A DNA stretch of 64,000 nucleotides, taken from NCBI GenBank assembly GCA_004297735.1, contig SCTI01000002.1, positions 256,160 to 320,159 of the forward strand, read 5' to 3'. The notes beneath the pieces are model-generated. The model had not been told where the DNA came from. It did no database searches and was given only the letters and a program-made list of their open reading frames with translations. The stretch comes from Patescibacteria group bacterium. Lineage in GTDB: Bacteria; Patescibacteriota; Saccharimonadia; UBA4664; SCTI01. This document shows positions 9,314-17,520 of this stretch, piece by piece (within the stretch, counting starts at the first letter, position 1; every line of letters starts with the position of its first letter). Position numbers and translations under genes: made by a program.

Positions 9314-11074
9314 TTAACTGTCGTGCTCTCCGAGTAGCGCTTGGTACTGGGTGAGCAAAGTATGAACAAGCTGCTGGTCGCCCTTATCTTGGGCTTCACG
9401 CAACTTGCGGCTGAGCTTGGTTTTGGTGTCTTTATTGGAAGCAATTTGCAGTCTTCTTGCCAGCTCGAATACTTCGAGACTGCGATCTGCGGGAGCGAAT
9501 GAGCCATATTCCTCTTCACCCCGTAATGCCAGGATTTTAACATAATCTGCCTGATTTGGCAACCGAGCGGCTACGGTCTCTAAATCAGCGTTACCCACCC
9601 TCTGGAGGGTTTCGACAATCAGCTGGTGATCGGGATCACTAAAGTGGGCGGGGGTTAGATCTTCTAGGCTCAGTCGCAGCTCGGGGTAACAAAGGTTGAG
9701 CGCCAGCACCGACTCCTCCAGCAGCAGCTTGGCTGGCTTAGCAACCGGCACGGTTTGAGTGGCTGCTGGGCGGGGCGGTTCGGCCACTGGAGCAATCGGA
9801 GCTGTTTTGGCGGTTTGAGATAATTTACGCTGAATCACATCTGGTGAACTATCCAACTTATCGGCCAGGCGCTTTACATAATGATCCTGCTCCACCGGGT
9901 CGGCCAGCCGTCTAATGCTGGTTACCAAGTGGTCGCTATACTGTCGTTTGCCCTGAGCCGTTGATAAATCATACTCATCCGCCAACCGATCAAGCAGGTA
10001 ATCCATGGCCGGCTTAGACCTAGCTATCACCTGCTTCCATTCGGCTGGTCGCTGAGCTAAGTCATCGGGGTCGCTGCCGGATGGCAGTTCTACCACCGAT
10101 AAATTAATTGGTAACTTCTGACTCAGCTCAATCGCGCGCTCGGTTGCCTTTAGTCCAGCAGCATCGGCGTCAAAACACAGCTTAATGTTGCGAGTTAGTC
10201 GGCTTAGAGTCTTAAGCTGATCAGCGGTCATAGCGGTGCCACTCATCGCTACCACCTGGCGTACACCCGCTTGATGGCTCGAAACCACGTCCATGTTGCC
10301 CTCGACAATCACCACCTCATCCTGCTCGCGAATGGCCGGCTTAGCCAAGTGCAAGCCAAAAATCACCCTGCTCTTATCGTATAGCGGGGTTTGTGGAGAG
10401 TTTAAGTACTTCGGCTCCTGCTCTGGCGCTAGCACTCGGCCGGTAAAACCCACCGTACGGCCTTGGTCGTCACAAATCGGGAACATCAACCTCGCCCGAA
10501 ACAAGTCGTAAACGGTGGACTTGCCAGCTTTTTGACCAGCCAGGCCAGCCTGCTTAAGTTGCGCTTGGCTAATACCTTTCTTTTCTAAGAAGTTGGTTAA
10601 CGCGTTCCAATCATCGGGAGCATAACCAATCTCAAAATCTTTAATCGTCGGTTTGGTTAACTTGCGCTGCTTAACGGCATATTCCAGCGCGCCTCGGTTT
10701 TTTGCCAAACTGGCGTGATAATACTGAGTGGCCAGCTCCATTACTCGCAGTAAATCTTCTTGCTGCTTTTTTGCCTTGGCGTCCTCGCTTGAACGTGGCT
10801 TAAGGCTGACACCGGCCTGGCGGGCCAGCTTTTCGAGGGCCTGACGGAACTCAATGCCCTCATACTTCATTACAAACTTAAAAATGTCGCCACCCTCGCT
10901 GCAACCAAAACAGTGCCAAATGCCCTTTTCGGGACTAACCATAAAACTAGCACTTTTTTCATTATGAAACGGGCAGGGCGCCTTTAAGTTACGTCCGGCC
11001 GGTTTAAGCTGTATGTAGCTGCCAACCACCTCCGCTACATCAAGCCGCTCTTTAATCTGCTCGACGTCGGTCAT
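9314..11074 (-). CDS. dnaG: DNA primase
   Basis: The start is the internal ATG (MTDVEQIKERLD...). The CHC2 zinc finger CPFHNEKSASFMVSPEKGIWHCFGCSEGG and a TOPRIM region are present. The longer ORF-track start (11239) would overlap the upstream gene. Confidence 0.9.
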   Translation of the reverse strand: MTDVEQIKERLDVAEVVGSYIQLKPAGRNLKAPCPFHNEKSASFMVSPEKGIWHCFGCSEGGDIFKFVMKYEGIEFRQALEKLARQAGVSLKPRSSEDAKAKKQQEDLLRVMELATQYYHASLAKNRGALEYAVKQRKLTKPTIKDFEIGYAPDDWNALTNFLEKKGISQAQLKQAGLAGQKAGKSTVYDLFRARLMFPICDDQGRTVGFTGRVLAPEQEPKYLNSPQTPLYDKSRVIFGLHLAKPAIREQDEVVIVEGNMDVVSSHQAGVRQVVAMSGTAMTADQLKTLSRLTRNIKLCFDADAAGLKATERAIELSQKLPINLSVVELPSGSDPDDLAQRPAEWKQVIARSKPAMDYLLDRLADEYDLSTAQGKRQYSDHLVTSIRRLADPVEQDHYVKRLADKLDSSPDVIQRKLSQTAKTAPIAPVAEPPRPAATQTVPVAKPAKLLLEESVLALNLCYPELRLSLEDLTPAHFSDPDHQLIVETLQRVGNADLETVAARLPNQADYVKILALRGEEEYGSFAPADRSLEVFELARRLQIASNKDTKTKLSRKLREAQDKGDQQLVHTLLTQYQALLGEHDS

Positions 11075-11171
11075 AGTCCTATTATACACCGACAGAACCA
11101 AACAAAAAGCGAAACTATAAAGACGAATACGGGCCGCCCCCTGGTTGGGGCGGCCCTCACACACGTGCGGG

Positions 11172-11909
11172 CTAGAACGGGATGTCGTCCTTCTTTTCTT
11201 TCTTGGGCACGAAGGGGTTGAATTCAGTGAAGTCGACAACCACGAAAGGCCTCATCCGGCCGACCTCGTAGTATCTTCTTCCCCTTAGGTCCTCGATGTA
11301 CACCTCGGCTTGCGAGGTGCCGAAGTTCATCCTCATGTAGGGTCCAATCAGTCCGCGAAGACCACTCGCCATTACGGCGGCGTACTTACGATCGGAATCT
11401 TCCTTCTTGCCGAGGACGTAGGCCTGGGTGCGGTTGAACCAATTTCCAGACTTTAGGTCAAACCCCCAGCCGAGAGAGGTAACACCATCAAGCGGCGAGT
11501 TGTAGTGATCCGACCACGTCTCCTCGCTGACCACCCCGTAGGGGCCAAGATCTACAACCAGTTCACGAAAGACCTGCTCGGAAATCTGACCCATCTTGGT
11601 GCGAGTAAGGCCAGGGATATTGCTTGAGCTGCCCTTTTTTAGAAGGTTTTGGCGCTCGGCCTCCTCCAGGTCAAGTTCATGACCAAGAGGGCACTTCGCA
11701 ATCGGCTTGAGCATCTCCGCAACCGGCATAAGCGAGCCGCAGAATGAACAGCGACTAAAGCCTTCCGGGGCATCAGAAAGGGAGGCTGGATTGGTACGCC
11801 GACGACGAATTGTGTGGTATCTGCCCTGAGGCTCAGAAAGGGCGGCGGTCGCAAAAGTTGCTGCACCCTCCCCCTCATTGCGAAGTCGAGCACGACTAAT
11901 AACAACCAT
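11172..11909 (-). CDS. hypothetical protein with Cys4 zinc-ribbon
   Basis: A strong SD (GAGGAGGGG) precedes the ATG. The zinc ribbon reads CSFCGSLMPVAEMLKPIAKCPLGH. There is no family match I can name. Confidence 0.55.
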   Translation of the reverse strand: MVVISRARLRNEGEGAATFATAALSEPQGRYHTIRRRRTNPASLSDAPEGFSRCSFCGSLMPVAEMLKPIAKCPLGHELDLEEAERQNLLKKGSSSNIPGLTRTKMGQISEQVFRELVVDLGPYGVVSEETWSDHYNSPLDGVTSLGWGFDLKSGNWFNRTQAYVLGKKEDSDRKYAAVMASGLRGLIGPYMRMNFGTSQAEVYIEDLRGRRYYEVGRMRPFVVVDFTEFNPFVPKKEKKDDIPF

Positions 11910-12413
11910 TTGTCCCCTCCTCTCTAGGGCGGACGTGTGTTAAAGATCGTCAGGTAAGATTACTCCACCTCACCATAACAACTTTCATTATGCTCTGGCT
12001 TAATTGAAAGCTCAAGAGGAAACTGTTCGGAATAAGTTCGGTATAAGTCCTAGTGGGAGGTGGCGCAGCGTGATGCCGCGCCACCCGTTCACGATCGAGG
12101 GGCCTTGGGGCGATAGGAGCGAACCGGTGCGGGTGGACCGGTACGACCCGGCTTTGGGCGCGGGCGGATCAGAGCGATTCGTCTAAATCCGTTGCCAGCA
12201 GCACGAACCGCCTCCACACTTGGACCCCTGCCCTGCGAATCCTTCTTTGAAGCAGAAATTTTGAACTCCTTGCTCTACGCAAAACCTTCTGCGCAAGTTG
12301 GTGCAACCGTGCCCTCTATTTATATGATGGTGACGCTTTTAAAGCAACCAACGCATAAATGCTTTTAAGCAAATTTAAGCATTATTAATTGGAAGTAATG
12401 CCGAAGCTTAATT

Positions 12414-12782
12414 CTAGTGATATAAACCCGGGTTGGCGCCATGTGGCTGCATGTGGATACTCATGACCGGCTGGGTATGAGCCACCGGACCATGCTGGTG
12501 CAAAAAGGCCTCGGTCATCTTAATTTTGTCGCGAACGGCAATACTATGGCTGCCTTCAATATGTTCAACCGCTGCGCCAATGCCGGGATGACTCATGGTC
12601 TCCACCACCCTAAAGCGCTGACGATCCATAATACTGTTATGCCCCTGAACTTCAACTAAATCCCCCACCCGAATTTGCTGATGATGAATATCTTGCATCC
12701 GCAGCACGACTGGGGTGGAGTGCTTAAGCAGCAAATCATGTGGCTGCTTAGTGACGGCAATGGTTCGCGCCAATTGAGACAT
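12414..12782 (-). CDS. hypothetical small beta-rich protein (possible ASCH/PUA-like)
   Basis: The 122-aa ORF has a His-rich, beta-strand-like pattern. The family call is only a guess. Confidence 0.45.
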   Translation of the reverse strand: MSQLARTIAVTKQPHDLLLKHSTPVVLRMQDIHHQQIRVGDLVEVQGHNSIMDRQRFRVVETMSHPGIGAAVEHIEGSHSIAVRDKIKMTEAFLHQHGPVAHTQPVMSIHMQPHGANPGLYH

Positions 12783-12826
12783 GGTTAGTTCTCTTTATAT
12801 AGGTATTATAGCGCTAAAATAATTTC

Positions 12827-12916
12827 TGGCGGAGAGAGTGGGATTCGAACCCACGATACGGTTGCCCGCATACACGCTTTCCAAGCGTGCGCCTTCAGCC
12901 ACTCGGCCACCTCTCC
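12827..12916 (-). tRNA. tRNA-Ser (anticodon GGA)
   Basis: The minus-strand sequence is GGAGAGGTGGCCGAGTGG...GCGCACGCTTGGAAAGCGTG...GGGTTCGAATCCCACTCTCTCCGCCA. It has a long variable arm, anticodon loop TTGGAAA and an encoded CCA. Confidence 0.85.
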
Positions 12917-12974
12917 AGACCTGGAAATTATACCTGAGCCTGGTTGATTTTGGTAGTTGCTGTAATATTAACGT

Positions 12975-13688
12975 ATGGCCTTAATCGAATTAAAGAAAAT
13001 TCATAAGCACTACGTTACCGGCGACACCGAGACGGTGGCGCTTGCCGAAATTAATCTCAATATCAACGAGGGTGAGTTTATCTCGATAATTGGCCCCTCT
13101 GGATCCGGCAAATCAACACTAATGCATATACTGGGGCTGCTTGATTCCCCCACCAGCGGCGAATACAAGCTAAACGGTGATCAAATGGTCAATCGCAGCG
13201 ATAAAGAGTTGGCTCGGTTGCGACGCGACTCGATTGGCTTTGTGTTCCAATCATTCAACCTATTAAATAAGTTAACCGTGCTCCAAAACGTCATGCTACC
13301 AATGGCTTACGCTGGGCTCTCAACCCGAAAGCGTAAAGAAAAGGGCCACGAGCTGCTGCGCCGAGTGGGAATCGAAGATAAAGCAGCCAGTCGAATCAAT
13401 CAAATATCGGGCGGTCAGACTCAGAGAGTGGCGGTGGCTCGGGCGCTCGCAAACGATCCCAGCTTGATCCTAGCGGACGAGCCAACCGGCAACCTTGATA
13501 CCAAGTCTAGCGCCAAGGTGATTGAGCTACTAAAGGGGTTGAACGACGAAGGTCACACCATCGTGATTGTGACTCATAACCCCGAGATTGCCGAGATGAC
13601 CGACCGGGTAATTGAGATTAAAGATGGCGCTATTGTAGCCGATCGCAAAGCAGGATCGCTTAAGCGCCAACGAAAGGCGGTTGTATGA
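12975..13688 (+). CDS. ABC transporter ATP-binding protein (MacB/LolD/FtsE-like)
   Basis: Walker A is GPSGSGKST, the signature is LSGGQTQRVAVARAL and Walker B is ILADEPTGNLD. Confidence 0.9.
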   Translation: MALIELKKIHKHYVTGDTETVALAEINLNINEGEFISIIGPSGSGKSTLMHILGLLDSPTSGEYKLNGDQMVNRSDKELARLRRDSIGFVFQSFNLLNKLTVLQNVMLPMAYAGLSTRKRKEKGHELLRRVGIEDKAASRINQISGGQTQRVAVARALANDPSLILADEPTGNLDTKSSAKVIELLKGLNDEGHTIVIVTHNPEIAEMTDRVIEIKDGAIVADRKAGSLKRQRKAVV

Positions 13689-14899
13689 TCTGGGAAAATC
13701 TCAAAATGGCCGGCCGTTCAATTATGAACAACAAGCTGCGCAGCTTCTTAACCATGCTGGGTATTATCATTGGGGTTGGAGCGGTGTCGGCGGTGATTGC
13801 GATCGGCAATGGCGTTAAAGCCTCAATCACCAATCAGGTAGATGAGCTTGGTACCAATCTGATTCAAGTTAACCCCGGGCAGGGCTTTACCGAAGAGGGC
13901 GGTGGCGGGGCGGCCAGCTTTGCTTCGTCGCTGGGTGCCTCAACCCTGACCGAAAAAGACGTAGCCACCATCAGTGGTATCGACGGCGTAGCGGCGGTGG
14001 CTCCAGCCATGCTGGTATCTGGTGCCCCAAGCCTTAATGGCAAAGTTGCGGCCGGATCGATCGTGTTCGCCACTACCGGTGACTACGATGAGGCGGTTAA
14101 AACCGAGATGGAAAATGGCCACTTTTTAGATACTGGCGAGACCAAGCAAGCGGTAATTGGCAGCAAGGTTGCCGAAAGTCTATTTGGCAGCTTAGATGTT
14201 GCTGGCAAAGAGATAACCTTGCGCAACCAGCAGTTCCGAGTGGTTGGCGTAACCAAAAAGCCTGATAGCGAATCCTTGAACTTAGGACCAAGCCTCGATT
14301 CGGTGGTTTATATCCAGTTTGAGGACGGTAAGACCTTTAATAATGGCACCGCCAACATCAATGAGATTGAGGTTAAGGCGGCCGACCCCAACCGGGTTGG
14401 CGAGATTAAGCAGGCGATTAAAGATAAGGTTAAAGTTAACCACGACGGCGAAAGCGACTTCTCGGTCTCTGACGCCAAGGAGCAGCTCAAGGTGTTTGAC
14501 AGCATCCTGGCAATCATGACTAGCTTTGTGGCGGGTATTGCTGGTATTTCTCTACTGGTTGGCGGCATTGGCATTATGAACATTATGCTGGTATCAGTGA
14601 CCGAACGTACCCGTGAGATCGGCTTACGCAAAGCGATTGGCGCCACCAGCGGTATGGTACTAAGCCAATTTTTGATTGAGGCGGTGGTGCTTACCCTGCT
14701 AGGCGGAGTTCTGGGGCTCGGTTTTGCCTGGCTGCTTGGTTTAATTATGGAATTAGCGGCCAACATCAAGCCGGTCTTTACGGTTGAAGCGGTGGTGGTG
14801 GCCTTTAGTATCTCAACCATAGTTGGCATCATTTTTGGTATTGCGCCGGCAATTAAGGCGGCTCGAATGAAGCCGATCGACGCGTTGCGCTATGAATAG
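13685..14899 (+). CDS. ABC transporter permease (FtsX/MacB family)
   Basis: There is an N-terminal TM segment, a large periplasmic domain and the C-terminal FtsX 3-TM bundle (LRKAIGATSGMVLSQFLIEAVVLTLLG). It overlaps the ATPase gene by 4 nt. Confidence 0.85.
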   Translation: MIWENLKMAGRSIMNNKLRSFLTMLGIIIGVGAVSAVIAIGNGVKASITNQVDELGTNLIQVNPGQGFTEEGGGGAASFASSLGASTLTEKDVATISGIDGVAAVAPAMLVSGAPSLNGKVAAGSIVFATTGDYDEAVKTEMENGHFLDTGETKQAVIGSKVAESLFGSLDVAGKEITLRNQQFRVVGVTKKPDSESLNLGPSLDSVVYIQFEDGKTFNNGTANINEIEVKAADPNRVGEIKQAIKDKVKVNHDGESDFSVSDAKEQLKVFDSILAIMTSFVAGIAGISLLVGGIGIMNIMLVSVTERTREIGLRKAIGATSGMVLSQFLIEAVVLTLLGGVLGLGFAWLLGLIMELAANIKPVFTVEAVVVAFSISTIVGIIFGIAPAIKAARMKPIDALRYE

Positions 14900-15278
14900 G
14901 TTACCGATCTGGTTTGAGCGAGTTGAGGGCGGCCTGATTTTGTTTGGTGCCAGCGCGCTCTACTTTACACTCGGCAATAACTGGCTGACTTTCGTGCTAC
15001 TCTTCTTTATTTTTGACCTATCCTTTGCTGGCTACCTGGCCGGCCCGCGAGTGGGAGCGATTATCTACAACCTGGCTCACACCTTAACCTTTCCAATTAT
15101 TTTGATCGCGCTAGGTATTACAGCTCAGACACTACTACCAGCTGCCAGCTTCGGCCTGATTTGGCTGGCTCATATTGGTTTTGACCGAGCTTTAGGCTAC
15201 GGGTTGAAATATCCCGATGGCTTTACTCACACCACCCTTGGTTGGATCGGTAAAGATAAGAGCAAGAACCGGGTTTAA
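14892..15278 (+). CDS. small integral membrane protein (DUF4260-like)
   Basis: Four predicted TM segments (FIFDLSFAGYLAGPRVGAIIYNLAHT...). It overlaps the permease stop. Confidence 0.55.
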   Translation: MNRLPIWFERVEGGLILFGASALYFTLGNNWLTFVLLFFIFDLSFAGYLAGPRVGAIIYNLAHTLTFPIILIALGITAQTLLPAASFGLIWLAHIGFDRALGYGLKYPDGFTHTTLGWIGKDKSKNRV

Positions 15279-16297
15279 CCCAGCTCTTTTTTAAGCTTCT
15301 CGATTAACTCAACCGGCACCGGATCTACCTGGTTAAGCATTGCCAGATAGGTTGCGACGAAGTCGCCTAAGAGCATGCTCCACAACATCTGCTGTAGCTT
15401 GGTTTGACCCTGTGCCGTCACAATAATTGGCGCCGGCATGGTTCCGCTAAGCAAGCGGTTACTGACCTCAAAGCGTTTAGCAACTCGATCGTTATCGAGG
15501 CTGGAGTGAAGCTGAACCACTCGCATTAAGCTGTCTTTCGGGTTGCCCCACCCGATGAACTCATTGTGATTAAACTCCGGCAGTTGATTCCAGAAAGCAA
15601 TATTCTTGGCGTTCTCGTTAAAATCAATCTTCCACTTCATAGCGGGCATAGCAAGAGTCGGGCCACCATACATCACGACTGGATGACCAACCAGTTGCTT
15701 GGCAATCTGCTTGGCAACATTGTCATCCTCTGGAATATTTGGCGCAAAGTGCGAAATCTCATCAAGCAGCCACTTGGCGGCGGCTTCAAGCTCTGCCACC
15801 ACACCTTCAACCAACTTAAGCTGTTCGAGCAGTACAGCAATTGCTTTGGCCTCATACAAAACTGCAAATCGGGGCTGCATGCCGGCTGGGACCTCAATAA
15901 GAGTGCCGGCGTCACTGCTTTCGGCCAGCTTGCCCCCGGCAGTCATTCGCACCATGGTCGCTCCGGTTTGTGTCACCTGCCTTAAGCAACTCAGCGTCTC
16001 TTCGGTGTTACCGGAATAGCTCGATACAATCACCAAGCTATTTTCGCCAACATAGGCGGGCAGATCATAACCGCGCACAATCTCAAACGGAACGGCTAGT
16101 CGGTCGCTCAACCAACTGCGAATAAACTCGGCGGCCAGGGCTGAGCCACCCATGCCAGTTAAAACAACATTATGAATCTGGTTGGCTGCCGGCGCCTCAA
16201 ATTTATACTGATAGCGCAGTTGTTCCGGTTGTCCCGCCACCATGGCAAAGCCATCGGATCGATCAAAACGAGCAATATATTTTGGGTCGTCGAGCAT
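15275..16297 (-). CDS. bifunctional phosphoglucose/phosphomannose isomerase (SIS domain)
   Basis: The SIS pattern VVLTGMGGSALAAEFIRSWL... is present, and a length of about 340 aa is typical of PGI/PMI. Confidence 0.75.
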   Translation of the reverse strand: MLDDPKYIARFDRSDGFAMVAGQPEQLRYQYKFEAPAANQIHNVVLTGMGGSALAAEFIRSWLSDRLAVPFEIVRGYDLPAYVGENSLVIVSSYSGNTEETLSCLRQVTQTGATMVRMTAGGKLAESSDAGTLIEVPAGMQPRFAVLYEAKAIAVLLEQLKLVEGVVAELEAAAKWLLDEISHFAPNIPEDDNVAKQIAKQLVGHPVVMYGGPTLAMPAMKWKIDFNENAKNIAFWNQLPEFNHNEFIGWGNPKDSLMRVVQLHSSLDNDRVAKRFEVSNRLLSGTMPAPIIVTAQGQTKLQQMLWSMLLGDFVATYLAMLNQVDPVPVELIEKLKKELG

Positions 16298-16363
16298 ACA
16301 ATCTCCTTTCCCCTATTGTACAAGATGAGGCTCCGGAAAGAAGTATAAAAGCGCTTAGCCAAC

Positions 16364-16384
16364 AAAAAACCGGCCTGAGGCCGG
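16364..16384 (-). terminator. rho-independent terminator (minus-strand orientation)
   Basis: The plus strand reads AAAAAACCGGCCTGAGGCCGG. On the minus strand this is CCGGCC-TCA-GGCCGG followed by TTTTTT, terminating minus-strand transcription coming from the GC-rich island. Confidence 0.6.
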
Positions 16385-16837
16385 GGTTCAGCGGTTAAGC
16401 TGGAAACAAGATAGAACGTAGGGCGCTACGCACGGGACGGCCAAGGCCGACCGCCCCGTTGCGTAACTGCCGCGAGTATGTAGTTTTTGGCCGAAGCCAT
16501 CTAACCGGGCATTAGCCCTCCTTCATCGAGGAACAGTGGGCGTTCCAGCACTACGAGGTAGTGCTTTTTGCGCCCTGGTAGAAGCTTGGTCTGATGCGGG
16601 GGCGCGAGACCGGTCGGCTCGTCCACTAGGAGTTGCCTCCTTTTTGGCGAGTTAACACAGCGCCTCGCGCCTCTCACCGCGTCAGTTGTCCGCGCGTACT
16701 CGAGGGAGGCAGTCAGACTGCGACTGTCGAGCGGCGGAACGTCCCGGTTGGGGCGCAAGATACTTCGTGTTCGAGTACTGCCCGGGAACGGCTCTCAGCC
16801 TAGGGCTGATCGAGCCGTTCCCGGCGCCGAGAGGTTC

Positions 16838-17068
16838 CTACGTGAGCGGGACGACCTCGGGCGCGCCACGCGAGCCGGTCGAGGTGCGGCCGGCGGTGCC
16901 GCCGCCGTCGCCGGCGACGTAGCCGGCATCGAGGGCGATGTTCGTCGCCGCGCGCTCGTGCTCGAGGGCGGGGCCGACGGAGAGGTCCTGCGAGGTGTTG
17001 CAAAGCCACTTCTCCGAGCCGACGTCGGTGACGGTCGGCGGGGCGTGCGTCGTGACGCGGATACGCAT
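16838..17068 (-). CDS. small ORF inside the high-GC island (76 aa), unknown function
   Basis: An AAAGGA SD lies 4 nt before the ATG, and the ATG overlaps the TGA of the upstream ORF 17068-17292. Third-position GC is about 95%, as expected of a genuine reading frame from a high-GC organism, and quite unlike the host. No family match was found. Confidence 0.35.
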   Translation of the reverse strand: MRIRVTTHAPPTVTDVGSEKWLCNTSQDLSVGPALEHERAATNIALDAGYVAGDGGGTAGRTSTGSRGAPEVVPLT

Positions 17069-17463
17069 CAGTCCTTTCGGGCACTGCGATGGAGTGAATG
17101 GACTATAACGGCTCTTTGATGGAAGGGGTTTGGCATTCTAATGCCGGAGCTGGTGTGCTCCACTTCCACTTTTGAGCGTTTTTTGCAGAGAGACCCGCTC
17201 GGGGCAGAGGTGTTGAGAGAGAACCTCTCGCAACCTACAGCCACCGTATCGGGTGACATTGCGGGTGTCTCGGGCAGTAAATCACCGTTCATGCGAACCG
17301 TAACTTGCTGCCCGAGACATTGTCTACGTTCTATCTTGTCAAAGAAATAGTTCCGAGCTGGTGTTGGTTAAGCTCACAACTATATGGTTATGGATTCTAA
17401 CAAAAACTGTTAATTTTGTCAATAATATTTATGGTTTAAATGTGAAACGATTGAACTTATACC

Positions 17464-17491
17464 AAAAGGAGGCCCTGCTAGGCCTCCTTTT
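17464..17491. terminator. bidirectional rho-independent terminator downstream of groEL
   Basis: The sequence AAAAGGAGGCC-CTGCTA-GGCCTCCTTTT forms a perfect 7-bp GC stem flanked by A and T tracts. Confidence 0.75.
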
Positions 17492-17520
17492 GACTTGAAC
17501 AAAATCTTTTTGGTTTGAGT

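Noticed and set aside
9314-11239. Longer DnaG start at 11239, adding a 55-aa Arg/Ser-rich N-terminal extension
   Set aside because: The extension has no homology, it would overlap the upstream Zn-ribbon gene by 68 nt, and the canonical primase N-terminus begins at the internal ATG (11074).
12004-12186. 60-aa plus-strand ORF in the GC-rich intergenic segment
   Set aside because: It has no RBS and is RG-rich, so it is more likely part of a structured non-coding region.
14308-14832. 174-aa minus-strand ORF
   Set aside because: It is antisense within the FtsX-like permease gene.
16380-16760. tmRNA (ssrA) hypothesis for the GC-rich island
   Set aside because: The segment is about 380 nt, GC-rich and terminator-flanked, and it contains an ...AKNYILAA...-like reading. 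However, there is no tRNA-like 3' end (GGTTCGA.TCC...CCA), no GGGG 5' end that pairs with the 3' end, and no stop after the putative tag on either strand.
16748-17119. 123-aa plus-strand ORF in the GC-rich island
   Set aside because: Its Arg/Gly/Ala-rich composition is typical of an out-of-frame reading of high-GC DNA. The opposite-strand frame has the GC3 bias expected of genuine coding.
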